IMG/VR virus record: IMGVR_UViG_3300029288_000156
Origin: an uncultured virus (IMG/VR IMGVR_UViG_3300029288_000156)
Taxonomy: Duplodnaviria > Heunggongvirae > Uroviricota > Caudoviricetes
Direction: 5' to 3' (one strand)
DNA length: 20,000 nt
The position numbers and the translations under genes were made by a program. The notes under the pieces are model-generated. The model saw nothing but the letters and a program-made list of their open reading frames with translations, was not told where the DNA came from and did not search any database. This document shows, in pieces, positions 1-8,758 of the stretch (positions within the stretch are counted from its first letter, which is position 1; each line of letters opens with the position of its first letter).

Positions 1-221
1 TATGTATCGAGTGTAGACAATGATACATATCCAACATTGTCGATCAAGCTCATGTAAGTACGCAATATCTGCGTACCGTTATAAAAGTTAGTGCGTAGGA
101 TATTATTTTTACCTTCGATAGTGACGCTATTCGGCATATCATAACGGTCGATCATTGAACCTTTACGCCAGTGTTCGACAAAGAACTTTCCAGATGGTTC
201 AATTTTATTTGATATTTTCAT
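1..221 (-). CDS. Partial (3'-truncated) tail-collar/baseplate-like structural protein, paralog of 8145..8687
   Basis: Not in the ORF track. Manual translation from ATG at 221 (ATGA overlap with the TGA of 218..3376) gives MKISNKIEPSGKFFVEHWRKGSMIDRYDMPNSVTIEGKNNILRTNFYNGTQILRTYMSLIDNVGYVSLSTLDT, open to the window edge. It aligns with the 180-aa protein (P.GKF.VE...N..T.EG.N..L...F...IDN..Y..L...DT). Confidence 0.8.
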   Translation of the reverse strand, partial: MKISNKIEPSGKFFVEHWRKGSMIDRYDMPNSVTIEGKNNILRTNFYNGTQILRTYMSLIDNVGYVSLSTLDT

Positions 222-3200
222 AATTTGTTGAAAAACCTGGACAAACAGAAATCAGTTGGGACGTCTAATGTTGGATTGTTTATTTTTAAGATTTCATTAG
301 AACAATAAGGACTACAATAAATTGTTCCTTTTGAAGTTAAGGTCCCACCAACCCATTTTGTCGAAGTTAAACCATTTTCACCCCATGTTGTTATTGCGTC
401 TGTAGCAGGGTTGATTCTTAAAATTGTTGAACTGTTAGATGGTATGCCATAAATCATACCATCCGATCCCACGACACCACCAGCCCATTTTGAGGATTTT
501 TCTAAAATAGTATGAGCACCCCATGTCAGCTCATTTGTGACTGATGATTGATTGTAATATTCGAATTTGATCCAATCAGTAGATCTCGCAGAGCTTGATA
601 CTCTAAACTCATCAATCCATCCAATAAAATTATTATCACCTACTCCTGAGTGTCCGACATATAATGGAGTTGTACCGGAACAACCAATAGGAACAGAGAT
701 AGTGCCAGTATCTTTCAAGACACCATTTAAATAAATTGATCCGAGCGCACCAGAAGTGAGCGTTATTGCAAGATGGTACCATGTATCGTTACTAATAGTA
801 CCGGCATTCACGACAGTCACATCGGTCATTGTGTTAGTTGTGAACCCTATTGAATCAGTATTATTATATCTCGCTACTCTATAGTGTTGATAGGGGTTTG
901 CCCAGCTGCTTAGATAATATGGCTTGCAGAAAATGGAAGCCCAGATCCCGGCCCACCCTACACGTCTAAACCAGCATGAAACCGTCAGAGATGTAGTAAA
1001 ATTAATATTCGAGGAATCAATTGTTATCCATTGCGATCCATTTACATAAGCAGCACCATTTAGATATCCTGTAGCAGCTGTAGCACCAACATTCACTCCG
1101 TTTGTTGCATTGGCTGTTGAGTCTAAGACAGATAATTCAGTACCGTTTCCAAAATGATAAACACCTTTAAAATTAGAATCCCAAGCGCCTGTCGAATCGG
1201 TTCTACTGACGGCGAGGCGATTTCCATAATAACAATAAATGGTTGTATTTGTTGAAGAGGAGATATTAGGAACTTTAACCCAGAAAGTACCATTAGCTGC
1301 ACCGCTTGTTATAGAAAATACTTCACATTCAGCAGATAGTCGATTAAAATTTTCATCTGTAAAATAGATATCATTACCGGAAGTTAGACAATGAGCACCG
1401 ATATCAGTATCATTAGTGATTTTCACATATAGCGGAAATGATGCAAGGTCGCTACTAACATTTGTCTTCGAAATTGTTATTGTTTTACGATAAACAGGCT
1501 GCATAACAAATGTTGTTGTTGTATCTGTAATCGGGTCAATTTTGAGAACGGCTGTGTCATTATGTGGAATACCGTAAATCACACCGTTCGGAGCTAGAAC
1601 ACCTCCTACCCATTTTGCTTGTGCTGCTGCTGTATGATCTCCCCATGTAATCTCACCAGATGACATGTTATAATATTCAAATTCAATCCAATCAGCTGAG
1701 CGAATTGTGTGAGAGATACGAACCTCGTCGAGCGATCCAGCCAGCGGCCACTGCCAAGTGCCATTTAAATAAGCTCTACCCATCGCTAGAGCACTTGCTG
1801 ATACACCAATAGTGCCAACTCCTTGAGCGGTTGCTGTATTGTCGAGAGCTCCGTCGACATATATATATATAATTGAACCATTACGGACAGCGGCACAATG
1901 ATGCCAATTACCATCGTTCAAATTTGTTTTTGTGCTAATTACAGAATACCACGTTGCATCATTGTTAAGACGATAACCAAAATATGTTGTGTAAGTATTG
2001 CCACTCCCAAGCAGAAAGAATTGATATCCTGTTGGTGTTGCTGAAGATTGCGTTGTAAAACGAGCTATAAGTGCTTGATGTGCTGTTCCTGTCTGAGTTG
2101 ATTTAAACCAGCATTCTATTGTAGCATAATCAGGCAGGTTAACATCTGGATCAGATGGAACAGAGATTGAATGGGCCGTAGATCCGTCGAATAATGCACA
2201 TCCATCAACTTTACCGGCAGCCGCAGTGATGCCCGTTATTGTTCCATTATTAGTATTGATTGTAGAGTCTACAGCACTTAATGTCGTGCCGTCGCCTAAA
2301 TGCCATACGCCTTTGTGGTAACTATCCCAAACGGATGAGGTGTTCGTTCTAGCGGTCGCCCCGTCATTCCCATAGCAACAATAAATAACTGTATCTGCTG
2401 TAGCAGAGAGACTTGGGACTCGAACCCAAAAAACGCCGGTTGCTACGCCGTCAATGACAGAAAATGATTCACATTCGGCATCTAAAGGATAGAAATCAGC
2501 GTCTGTAAAAACGATATCGTTACCAGAAGCTAAACAAACAGCACCAATATCAGCATCGCCATCGATCTTTACACATAATGGAAAATTGGTAAGGATACTA
2601 TCTATATGTGTATGAGAGATTGTAATCGATTTTAAATAGCTCTGCCCAACGCTACCAAATGTTGTTACTGTGTCTGTGGTTGGATCGATCTTTAATATCA
2701 TTGGGTGATTATAGGGAATGCCGTATATCATGCCATCAGGAGCTAGAACACCGCCGATCCATTTACCACTACCTGCTAGGCTTCCAAATGTTGTTGTTGT
2801 ATCAGTAGTTGGATCAATTTTTAATATAGTTGTGCTGTCATATGGAATGCCGTAGATTGATCCATTTGTAGCTGCAACGCCACCGGCCCATTTGGCAGTA
2901 CCATCTAAGCTACCGAATGTTGTTATTGTATCTGTTGTGGTGTCGATTTTTAATATCGTTGTACTGTTATATGGCATCCCATAGATTGCACTATTTGAGC
3001 CGAGGACACCTCCCGCCCATTTTGCTGTATCAGAAGATAAACTTCCAAGCACTATGCTTTCATCTGTGTTTGGGTTTATTTTTAAAATCGTCGCACTATC
3101 ATATGGAATATTATAAATCGCTCCGTTTGGTGCTAGAACACCACCATACCATTTATTGTCGGCTGATGTGATATTAGGAGATGCAATGCTATCGGAAACT

Positions 3201-3376
3201 AATCGAGAACACATCAAATTGGTGTTGTATCGTATTGATAATGCTTGTTTAGTTTGTTCCCACTTATTGCTATTCGTCCCCCAAGTAGGAAAATTGCCAT
3301 GATTAACGGCAGATCCTAAAGCCGGCAATATTTCTATTCTATCAGCTTTCGATATTAACGGTTTTTGATAAGCCAT
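218..3376 (-). CDS. Putative tail fibre/receptor-binding protein: 7-blade beta-propeller with two inserted DUF2341+LamG cassettes
   Basis: Seven KWxGGVLAxNGxIYGIPxxxxxILKIDPxTD repeats. Two ~335-340-aa inserts have DUF2341-like motifs (ITIS..FPLxVKI..DI.FTD..FWVxVP..IYCxYGN) and LamG motifs (W.HxA, lYvdG, G.lDEvRiS..RS.DWI.FEYYN). C-terminus is DVPTDFCLSRFFNKL. Confidence 0.8.
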   Translation of the reverse strand: MAYQKPLISKADRIEILPALGSAVNHGNFPTWGTNSNKWEQTKQALSIRYNTNLMCSRLVSDSIASPNITSADNKWYGGVLAPNGAIYNIPYDSATILKINPNTDESIVLGSLSSDTAKWAGGVLGSNSAIYGMPYNSTTILKIDTTTDTITTFGSLDGTAKWAGGVAATNGSIYGIPYDSTTILKIDPTTDTTTTFGSLAGSGKWIGGVLAPDGMIYGIPYNHPMILKIDPTTDTVTTFGSVGQSYLKSITISHTHIDSILTNFPLCVKIDGDADIGAVCLASGNDIVFTDADFYPLDAECESFSVIDGVATGVFWVRVPSLSATADTVIYCCYGNDGATARTNTSSVWDSYHKGVWHLGDGTTLSAVDSTINTNNGTITGITAAAGKVDGCALFDGSTAHSISVPSDPDVNLPDYATIECWFKSTQTGTAHQALIARFTTQSSATPTGYQFFLLGSGNTYTTYFGYRLNNDATWYSVISTKTNLNDGNWHHCAAVRNGSIIYIYVDGALDNTATAQGVGTIGVSASALAMGRAYLNGTWQWPLAGSLDEVRISHTIRSADWIEFEYYNMSSGEITWGDHTAAAQAKWVGGVLAPNGVIYGIPHNDTAVLKIDPITDTTTTFVMQPVYRKTITISKTNVSSDLASFPLYVKITNDTDIGAHCLTSGNDIYFTDENFNRLSAECEVFSITSGAANGTFWVKVPNISSSTNTTIYCYYGNRLAVSRTDSTGAWDSNFKGVYHFGNGTELSVLDSTANATNGVNVGATAATGYLNGAAYVNGSQWITIDSSNINFTTSLTVSCWFRRVGWAGIWASIFCKPYYLSSWANPYQHYRVARYNNTDSIGFTTNTMTDVTVVNAGTISNDTWYHLAITLTSGALGSIYLNGVLKDTGTISVPIGCSGTTPLYVGHSGVGDNNFIGWIDEFRVSSSARSTDWIKFEYYNQSSVTNELTWGAHTILEKSSKWAGGVVGSDGMIYGIPSNSSTILRINPATDAITTWGENGLTSTKWVGGTLTSKGTIYCSPYCSNEILKINNPTLDVPTDFCLSRFFNKL

Positions 3377-3975
3377 TATTAAGCCTTATTGAAATGGCGA
3401 GACAAACAAAAATCAAGCGGCACGTCATCTAGTGCAACGCCAATTTTCAACACTGTTGTAGCCGTGAATGTTATTCCGTAAATGCAACCGTTTGAAGCAA
3501 GGATCCCGCAATCCCATTTATCAGTCCCTGTTAAGCTCCCATATGTCGTGTATGAATCAGTAGTTGGATCAATTCTAAGTATTGTTGTCGTTGTTGAACC
3601 GCATGGAATGCCGTAAATACAACCATCTGCCCCGAGTACGGAGCCAATCCATTTATATAGCCCGGTATAGTTTCCTAAAGATATAACTGTATCAGTAGTT
3701 GTGTCGATCCTCAGTATGCTTGGACTATCTTGCGGGGCACAATAGATCATTTCATTTGGTGCTAAAGCACCACCGTACCATTTGTGTACCCCGGCTTCTA
3801 CAGGAAGACTTCCAAATGTTGTTATTGTGTCCGTGGATGGATCGATTTTCAACACAGTCGCACTACTGCCTGGTATTCCATAAATACAACCATTAGGGGC
3901 TAATACTCCGCCTTGCCATTTATTGCTGCCTGTCAAGCTTCCAAATGTTGTTACTGTGTCTGTGGTTGGATCGAT
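2655..3975. repeat. 35-nt perfect repeat shared between two different propeller genes
   Basis: ccaaatgttgttactgtgtctgtggttggatcgat occurs at 2655-2689 and 3941-3975; degenerate copies occur in many blades of all three genes. Confidence 0.85.
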
Positions 3976-4524
3976 TTTCAACACAGTTGTGCTGTCATAT
4001 GGAATACCGTAGATATAACCGTTTGGAGCCAGAACCCCACCTTCCCATTTAGCAGTGCCTGTTAAGCTTCCAAATGTTGTTGCTGTATCTGTGGTTGGAT
4101 CAATCTTCAGGATTGTTGTATTGGTAAATGGCATCCCATAAATGTAACCATTCGGAGCCAAAACACCACCCTGCCAACTCCAACTAGCTGCCCCAACGCT
4201 ACCAAACGTTGTTGCTGTATCTGTGGTTGGATCAATCTTTAGGATTGTTGCAATGTTGCAAGGTATACCATAAATGCAACCATTCGGTGCTAAGACGCCA
4301 CCTATCCACTTACCAGCACCAGCATCAAGACTTCCAAAGGTTGTTGCGACTTTCTGAGCACTGGCACGATTTGTGCCGGCTCTCATACAAATCGCTAATT
4401 GTGTTTGTGCCCATGCGATTTTGTTGCTTTCCCATTCAGGGAAGTCAATATGATTTAATAAATCTCCACTTGCCAAAGAACCAATCGAATTTGATTTTTG
4501 AGTTAGCGGTATTTGATATGACAT
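3379..4524 (-). CDS. 7-blade beta-propeller protein (cassette-free paralog)
   Basis: Seven ~43-aa WxGGVLAPNGxIYGIP..LKIDPTTDT.TTFGS repeats, N-cap NHIDFPEWESNKIAWAQTQLAICMRA, C-cap DVPLDFCLSRHFNKA. Confidence 0.85.
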   Translation of the reverse strand: MSYQIPLTQKSNSIGSLASGDLLNHIDFPEWESNKIAWAQTQLAICMRAGTNRASAQKVATTFGSLDAGAGKWIGGVLAPNGCIYGIPCNIATILKIDPTTDTATTFGSVGAASWSWQGGVLAPNGYIYGMPFTNTTILKIDPTTDTATTFGSLTGTAKWEGGVLAPNGYIYGIPYDSTTVLKIDPTTDTVTTFGSLTGSNKWQGGVLAPNGCIYGIPGSSATVLKIDPSTDTITTFGSLPVEAGVHKWYGGALAPNEMIYCAPQDSPSILRIDTTTDTVISLGNYTGLYKWIGSVLGADGCIYGIPCGSTTTTILRIDPTTDSYTTYGSLTGTDKWDCGILASNGCIYGITFTATTVLKIGVALDDVPLDFCLSRHFNKA

Positions 4525-4536
4525 TTGATTTCCGTA

Positions 4537-7500
4537 TTACAACTTATTGAAATGCCTAGACAAACAGAAATCATCCGGAACATCGGCTGTTATACCACCT
4601 ATCTTTAGAAAATTGGCAGCATCATGCGGAGTGCAATAGATTATACCGCTTGGGGTCAAGACGCCTCCTGCCCATTTCTTAGCGGCTGCCCCAGGACTTC
4701 CAAATGTTGTAGTTGTATCTGTGGTTGGGTCAATCTTTAGAACGATCGGAGCACTGAAAGGAACAGTGTAGATCATTCCATCAGATCCCAGAACACCACC
4801 TATCCATTTAGCCTCATCTGTATACTGATCGCTCCAAGTTAATTGACCTGTAGTGGAGACTTGATTATAATATTCGAATTTAATCCACTCTGCTGAACGT
4901 GCTATTCCAGCAAGACGGACTTCATCTAAATAGCCGATATATTTGCCATCTGGGGACATTGCATTGCCAGCACCAAAATATACGGGTGTGGTCCCGCTAC
5001 AATTGATCGGCACGGCGGTAGTGCCTGTTTTATCAACTACACCATTGATGTAAATTTTTGCTGCACCAGCAGAACTACAAGTGGCGGTAATATAATACCA
5101 AGTAGCATCGCTGATTGCAGTTACGGTTGGCAATTCGAGCACACTTCCACCGTTATTCATCGCAAAAGAAAGATAATTGCCGTTACTATATCGCTTAACT
5201 GTCCACTGATGATAAGGCATTGACCAGGAAGCGGCATAATATGGTTTAGAAACTATCCCATCCCATCCGTTACCAGCCGTCCAGCCATTACGTTTCATCC
5301 AGAAGCTTATAGTGAAGTCAGAGTGAAGATTTATACTTGCGTCTGTTCCTAAGATGATGTAGCTAGCAGCATTGAAATATCCTGATCCACTTCCATTAAA
5401 TCTTCCAGTAGTAGCGCCAACAACTCCGGTGTTTGTTCCATTATTGTTATAGCTATAAGAATCTGCCGTATTGACTACATTAGAATCACTATTTAAATGA
5501 TGGACGGATTTGAAATAGCTGCTCCATACTGATGCAGCAGTCGACGCTGTATCAACCCTGCCATTACCATAACAACAATAAATGATTGTGTTTGCAGCAG
5601 CCGCGACTGTTGGAACTTTGACCCAGAAAGTGCCAGTAGCTGCACCGGCTGTGACCGCAAATGCATCTTTTTCTGAATATAGTTGATTGTCGTTAGAGTC
5701 TAAGAAATAGATATCGTCGCCAGAAGCTAAACAAACAGCACCAATATCAGTATCAGCGTTTATTTGTACGCATAATGGAAAATCGGTGAGATCAGCATCA
5801 ACATATGTCTCTGAAATTGTAATCTTTTTCTTGCGTAGTATGACGCCCGCCGAAGTGCTACTAAATGTTGTTGCTGTATCTGTGGTTGGATCGATTTTTA
5901 AGAATTTGCTACCTTTTGATGGAATACCATAAATCATTCCGTTCGAAGCTGCAACGCCACCAATCCACTTGGTTGAACCGGTCAGAGTTCCGAAAGTTGT
6001 TACTGCATCTGTGGTTGGATCGATTCTTAAAACTGAGGTGCTGTTGTAGGGTATTCCGTAAATATAACCATTCGAAGCCAAAACACCCCCAGCCCAATCA
6101 GCAGAACCCGCCCCAGCGCTTCCAAATGTCGTTACTGTGTCTGTAGTTGGATCGATCTTTAATATTGTAGTAGCATTATAAGGTATACTGTAAATGGCTC
6201 CATTTGCAGCAACGACACCCCCAGCCCAATCAGCAGAGCCCGCCCCAGCGCTTCCAAATGTTGTTGCTGTATCTGTGGCTGGATCGATCTTTAATATTGT
6301 AGTAGCATTGTGTGGAATTCCGTAGATTTTTTCATTCGCAGCTAAAACGCCACCATACCACTTGCTGGCATCTGCTCCAACACTACCGAAAGTTGTTGCT
6401 ATATCTGTAGTTGGATCGATCTTTAATACCGTAGCGGAACTATAAGGTATGCTATAAATTGATCCATTTGCACTTAGAACGCCCCCAAACCACTTACTTG
6501 CATCGGCAGATAAACCGTCAAATGTTGTTGTAGTTGGATTAAAAGAGGCTGTATTTGCTTCCGCTCTTATGTTTATAGCTTGTCTTGTCTGAGTCCAGGC
6601 CAGGCTATTTGTTTCCCATGCAGGGAAGTTTCCGTGGTTTATGATATCGGTGGCTGAGAACGATTGAATTGTGTTAGATTCTACAGCGAGTGATTTTGAA
6701 AACGTGATTACGGGTGCAGCCACAGTGTCCACTGCTGTTTGTGTTACTGATAGCGTGTTTGATGTACTAAGATTGAGATAGAGCGATTTGACTGTTATCC
6801 AACGACGGAGCCGAAAGAGTGAGTATGGATCAGAATAAACATCCGCTATTTCTTGGGTGCTCAAGCCTCTGTCCCATACTAAACAAAGAGGAAAATAACC
6901 AGCTGGATTATACCATGTACCCGATACTGAAAAGCCACCACGACAATCAATTGCATATTGATTTTCAAACCATGGGTAAACAATTGCACTATCTGCACTA
7001 AAAGTGCCAGAACTATGCCACCTCCCATTTTTATAAAATGAAGCAGTAGCGCCTTTTCTCGTGGTACCATACATATTAATGTTTGTGGTATCACTTGTAT
7101 CAACAATCCCGTTACCACTAGTCACAGATGGAGTTGTACTTCCATTATAATATGCTGTTGTAAGTGTCGTTCCTGATCCAGCCCGAAACAACCACATTAC
7201 ATAATATGGACTATACCAACCATTTGTATAATATGGTATAGTCCACAAAAAACTATCCGCAGAATTCCATGCTATTGCTTTATACCATATTAAAATTGTA
7301 TAGTCACGAGTTGGTCGTCTTGGTGCTGCTTCACCACTTGGTTGAGATCCTGTCTGTTTTGGATATGTCCAATAAGCACCATCTGTGGATGCTGTAGAGG
7401 ACGAATATAAGGCAGGCCCCATTGCAGTCTGCCCAGTAAAAGTACTACTACTTCTGAGTGTGCCATATGCACGTAATACTACATCATATCCAACGCCAGG

Positions 7501-7623
7501 ACCAAGAAACATAGCCGGAGCATAACATAGACCTTTCCAGAGATCTGGGCGTTCACTTTCAGCTTCACATCTAGCAAACCCAGTTGCAAAGCTTGGTATC
7601 GATTTTTCTTGCGATATACCCAT
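4537..7623 (-). CDS. Putative receptor-binding protein: N-terminal LamG-like domain + 7-blade propeller with one DUF2341+LamG cassette
   Basis: N-terminal ~280 aa are LamG-like (YTILIW..ASFYKNG..LVWDRGLSTQEIADVYSDPY). Then N-cap NHGNFPAWETNSLAWTQTRQAINIRA, 5 blades, a DUF2341+LamG insert, 2 blades, and C-cap DVPDDFCLSRHFNKL. Confidence 0.8.
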   Translation of the reverse strand: MGISQEKSIPSFATGFARCEAESERPDLWKGLCYAPAMFLGPGVGYDVVLRAYGTLRSSSTFTGQTAMGPALYSSSTASTDGAYWTYPKQTGSQPSGEAAPRRPTRDYTILIWYKAIAWNSADSFLWTIPYYTNGWYSPYYVMWLFRAGSGTTLTTAYYNGSTTPSVTSGNGIVDTSDTTNINMYGTTRKGATASFYKNGRWHSSGTFSADSAIVYPWFENQYAIDCRGGFSVSGTWYNPAGYFPLCLVWDRGLSTQEIADVYSDPYSLFRLRRWITVKSLYLNLSTSNTLSVTQTAVDTVAAPVITFSKSLAVESNTIQSFSATDIINHGNFPAWETNSLAWTQTRQAINIRAEANTASFNPTTTTFDGLSADASKWFGGVLSANGSIYSIPYSSATVLKIDPTTDIATTFGSVGADASKWYGGVLAANEKIYGIPHNATTILKIDPATDTATTFGSAGAGSADWAGGVVAANGAIYSIPYNATTILKIDPTTDTVTTFGSAGAGSADWAGGVLASNGYIYGIPYNSTSVLRIDPTTDAVTTFGTLTGSTKWIGGVAASNGMIYGIPSKGSKFLKIDPTTDTATTFSSTSAGVILRKKKITISETYVDADLTDFPLCVQINADTDIGAVCLASGDDIYFLDSNDNQLYSEKDAFAVTAGAATGTFWVKVPTVAAAANTIIYCCYGNGRVDTASTAASVWSSYFKSVHHLNSDSNVVNTADSYSYNNNGTNTGVVGATTGRFNGSGSGYFNAASYIILGTDASINLHSDFTISFWMKRNGWTAGNGWDGIVSKPYYAASWSMPYHQWTVKRYSNGNYLSFAMNNGGSVLELPTVTAISDATWYYITATCSSAGAAKIYINGVVDKTGTTAVPINCSGTTPVYFGAGNAMSPDGKYIGYLDEVRLAGIARSAEWIKFEYYNQVSTTGQLTWSDQYTDEAKWIGGVLGSDGMIYTVPFSAPIVLKIDPTTDTTTTFGSPGAAAKKWAGGVLTPSGIIYCTPHDAANFLKIGGITADVPDDFCLSRHFNKL
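6083..6309. repeat. Near-identical ~95-nt direct repeat with 132-nt period (recently duplicated or homogenised propeller blades)
   Basis: 6083-6177 vs 6215-6309: acacccccagcccaatcagcaga(a/g)cccgccccagcgcttccaaatg...gatcgatctttaatattgtagtagcatt. Confidence 0.9.
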
Positions 7624-7625
7624 AT

Positions 7626-8132
7626 TTAGCTTTGGATGTCATCAGAAACAGGTGTGAATGTGAAAACGTGATCTCCATTAGTCGCCGATAATGCTTTTGC
7701 TCCTGCTGCATTCCAACCAGCTATAGCGATATATCGACTCCATAGATAGACAAGCCCGCTAGAACACCACGCTTGATCCGTGGCGGTAGCAGCGCCCACA
7801 GGCCCCAAAAACGTGCAGTTATATTGTAATGTGGCTTCTGATGTTAAAGTGGCATCACCAAACGTTAGACCACCATCTGTTAAAGAAGCAGTCGCGATTG
7901 CATTAGATGTAACAACATATAGTCTAAGGTTATCGCCAGCAGTTGGCGTTGCGACCCATTTTGTAGAACAGCGCCAACGGTATCTCATAGGAATCGCTCC
8001 ACTACCACGATCCCAGACATTAGAAATTCTTGCATTCGACAAAGCAAGGCTTGTCGGTGTCCATGTTATTGTGCCACCGGTTGGTGCGAATGTTACGACC
8101 GTTCCTGCAGTGGAATATATCAATTCGCTCAT
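7626..8132 (-). CDS. Small Thr/Ala/Gly-rich beta-sandwich protein, putative virion/fibre-associated
   Basis: 168-aa ORF with a GGAG SD, tightly packed between structural genes; beta-rich composition; no recognisable catalytic motif. Confidence 0.6.
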   Translation of the reverse strand: MSELIYSTAGTVVTFAPTGGTITWTPTSLALSNARISNVWDRGSGAIPMRYRWRCSTKWVATPTAGDNLRLYVVTSNAIATASLTDGGLTFGDATLTSEATLQYNCTFLGPVGAATATDQAWCSSGLVYLWSRYIAIAGWNAAGAKALSATNGDHVFTFTPVSDDIQS

Positions 8133-8144
8133 TTTCTTGCTCCA

Positions 8145-8687
8145 TTACGCATTGACTGTGTACAAAACCCTCACCAAAGTGCCAATAGCTACAGTTTTTG
8201 CTAACGGGAAAAGAGCTGTAGCCCAAAGAACGCTATTGTTAAAACTGTGATCGCCTTTTAGTTGCGCAGAGGGACTGCCACCAGCTATAAAAAGTCCTCG
8301 TATCGTTCCTGCAGCAGTCATATTGTACAGAGCTCTATATGTTGCGTTTGTTATGCTGCCATTGCTTGGCTCATCGGTTGTCCAAGCTGGACGAGTTGAG
8401 GCGTCATTGGTATTATTTACATCTAAATAGGATGTGAATTCTTGCCATCCATTTCCGGCTGTTCCGATATTAGGATATGTATCTGTTGCAGCTAAAGCTG
8501 AATAATTTGTATTGTCTATTATTCCTATCCACCAAGAAGTAGTAGGTAAATAAGAATGAAAGCCAACATTGAGGAATCTATTCTCACCTTCATTTGTTGT
8601 GTCGTTATTACATGCAATGAAATCTACAAGCTTCCTGCGATAAAAGCATTCAACAGCGAATTTGCCATGTGGATCTAGAATATCCAT
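8145..8687 (-). CDS. Tail-collar/baseplate-like structural protein
   Basis: GAGGT SD. The G-K-F-x-V-E...N-x-x-T-x-E-G N-terminus and C-terminal LWATALF..KTVAIG..VRVLYTV pattern resemble phage tail-collar-type proteins. Paralog at 1..221. Confidence 0.6.
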   Translation of the reverse strand: MDILDPHGKFAVECFYRRKLVDFIACNNDTTNEGENRFLNVGFHSYLPTTSWWIGIIDNTNYSALAATDTYPNIGTAGNGWQEFTSYLDVNNTNDASTRPAWTTDEPSNGSITNATYRALYNMTAAGTIRGLFIAGGSPSAQLKGDHSFNNSVLWATALFPLAKTVAIGTLVRVLYTVNA

Positions 8688-8758
8688 AGCTACCTCATTT
8701 TAAATTTGATATGAAGTATAAAAGATAATATATGAGCACTTAACGCTGGCAGCAATCA

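Larger units (their letters stand above)
2523..5750. repeat. 31-nt perfect repeat shared by DUF2341 cassettes of two genes
   Basis: ccagaagctaaacaaacagcaccaatatcag at 2523-2553 and 5720-5750 (encodes DIGAVCLASG). Confidence 0.85.

Noticed and set aside
218..230. C-terminal NKL as a peroxisomal targeting signal (eukaryotic origin)
   Set aside because: Gene organisation is prokaryotic (SD sites, overlapping genes, no introns), and one paralog ends NKA.
491..5844. Inteins or introns as the explanation for the in-frame inserts
   Set aside because: There are no Cys/Ser...His-Asn splice junctions or nuclease motifs; the inserts are DUF2341+LamG domains.
2650..6430. CRISPR-like array from recurring ~30-35-nt repeats
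   Set aside because: The period is ~129-132 nt, copies are degenerate and in frame within ORFs, and the intervening sequences are homologous to each other. These are protein blade repeats.
218..7623. Diversity-generating retroelement (TR/VR pair) targeting the fibre genes
   Set aside because: No reverse transcriptase or non-coding template repeat is present in the window, all repeats are coding, and the mismatches I checked are not adenine-specific.
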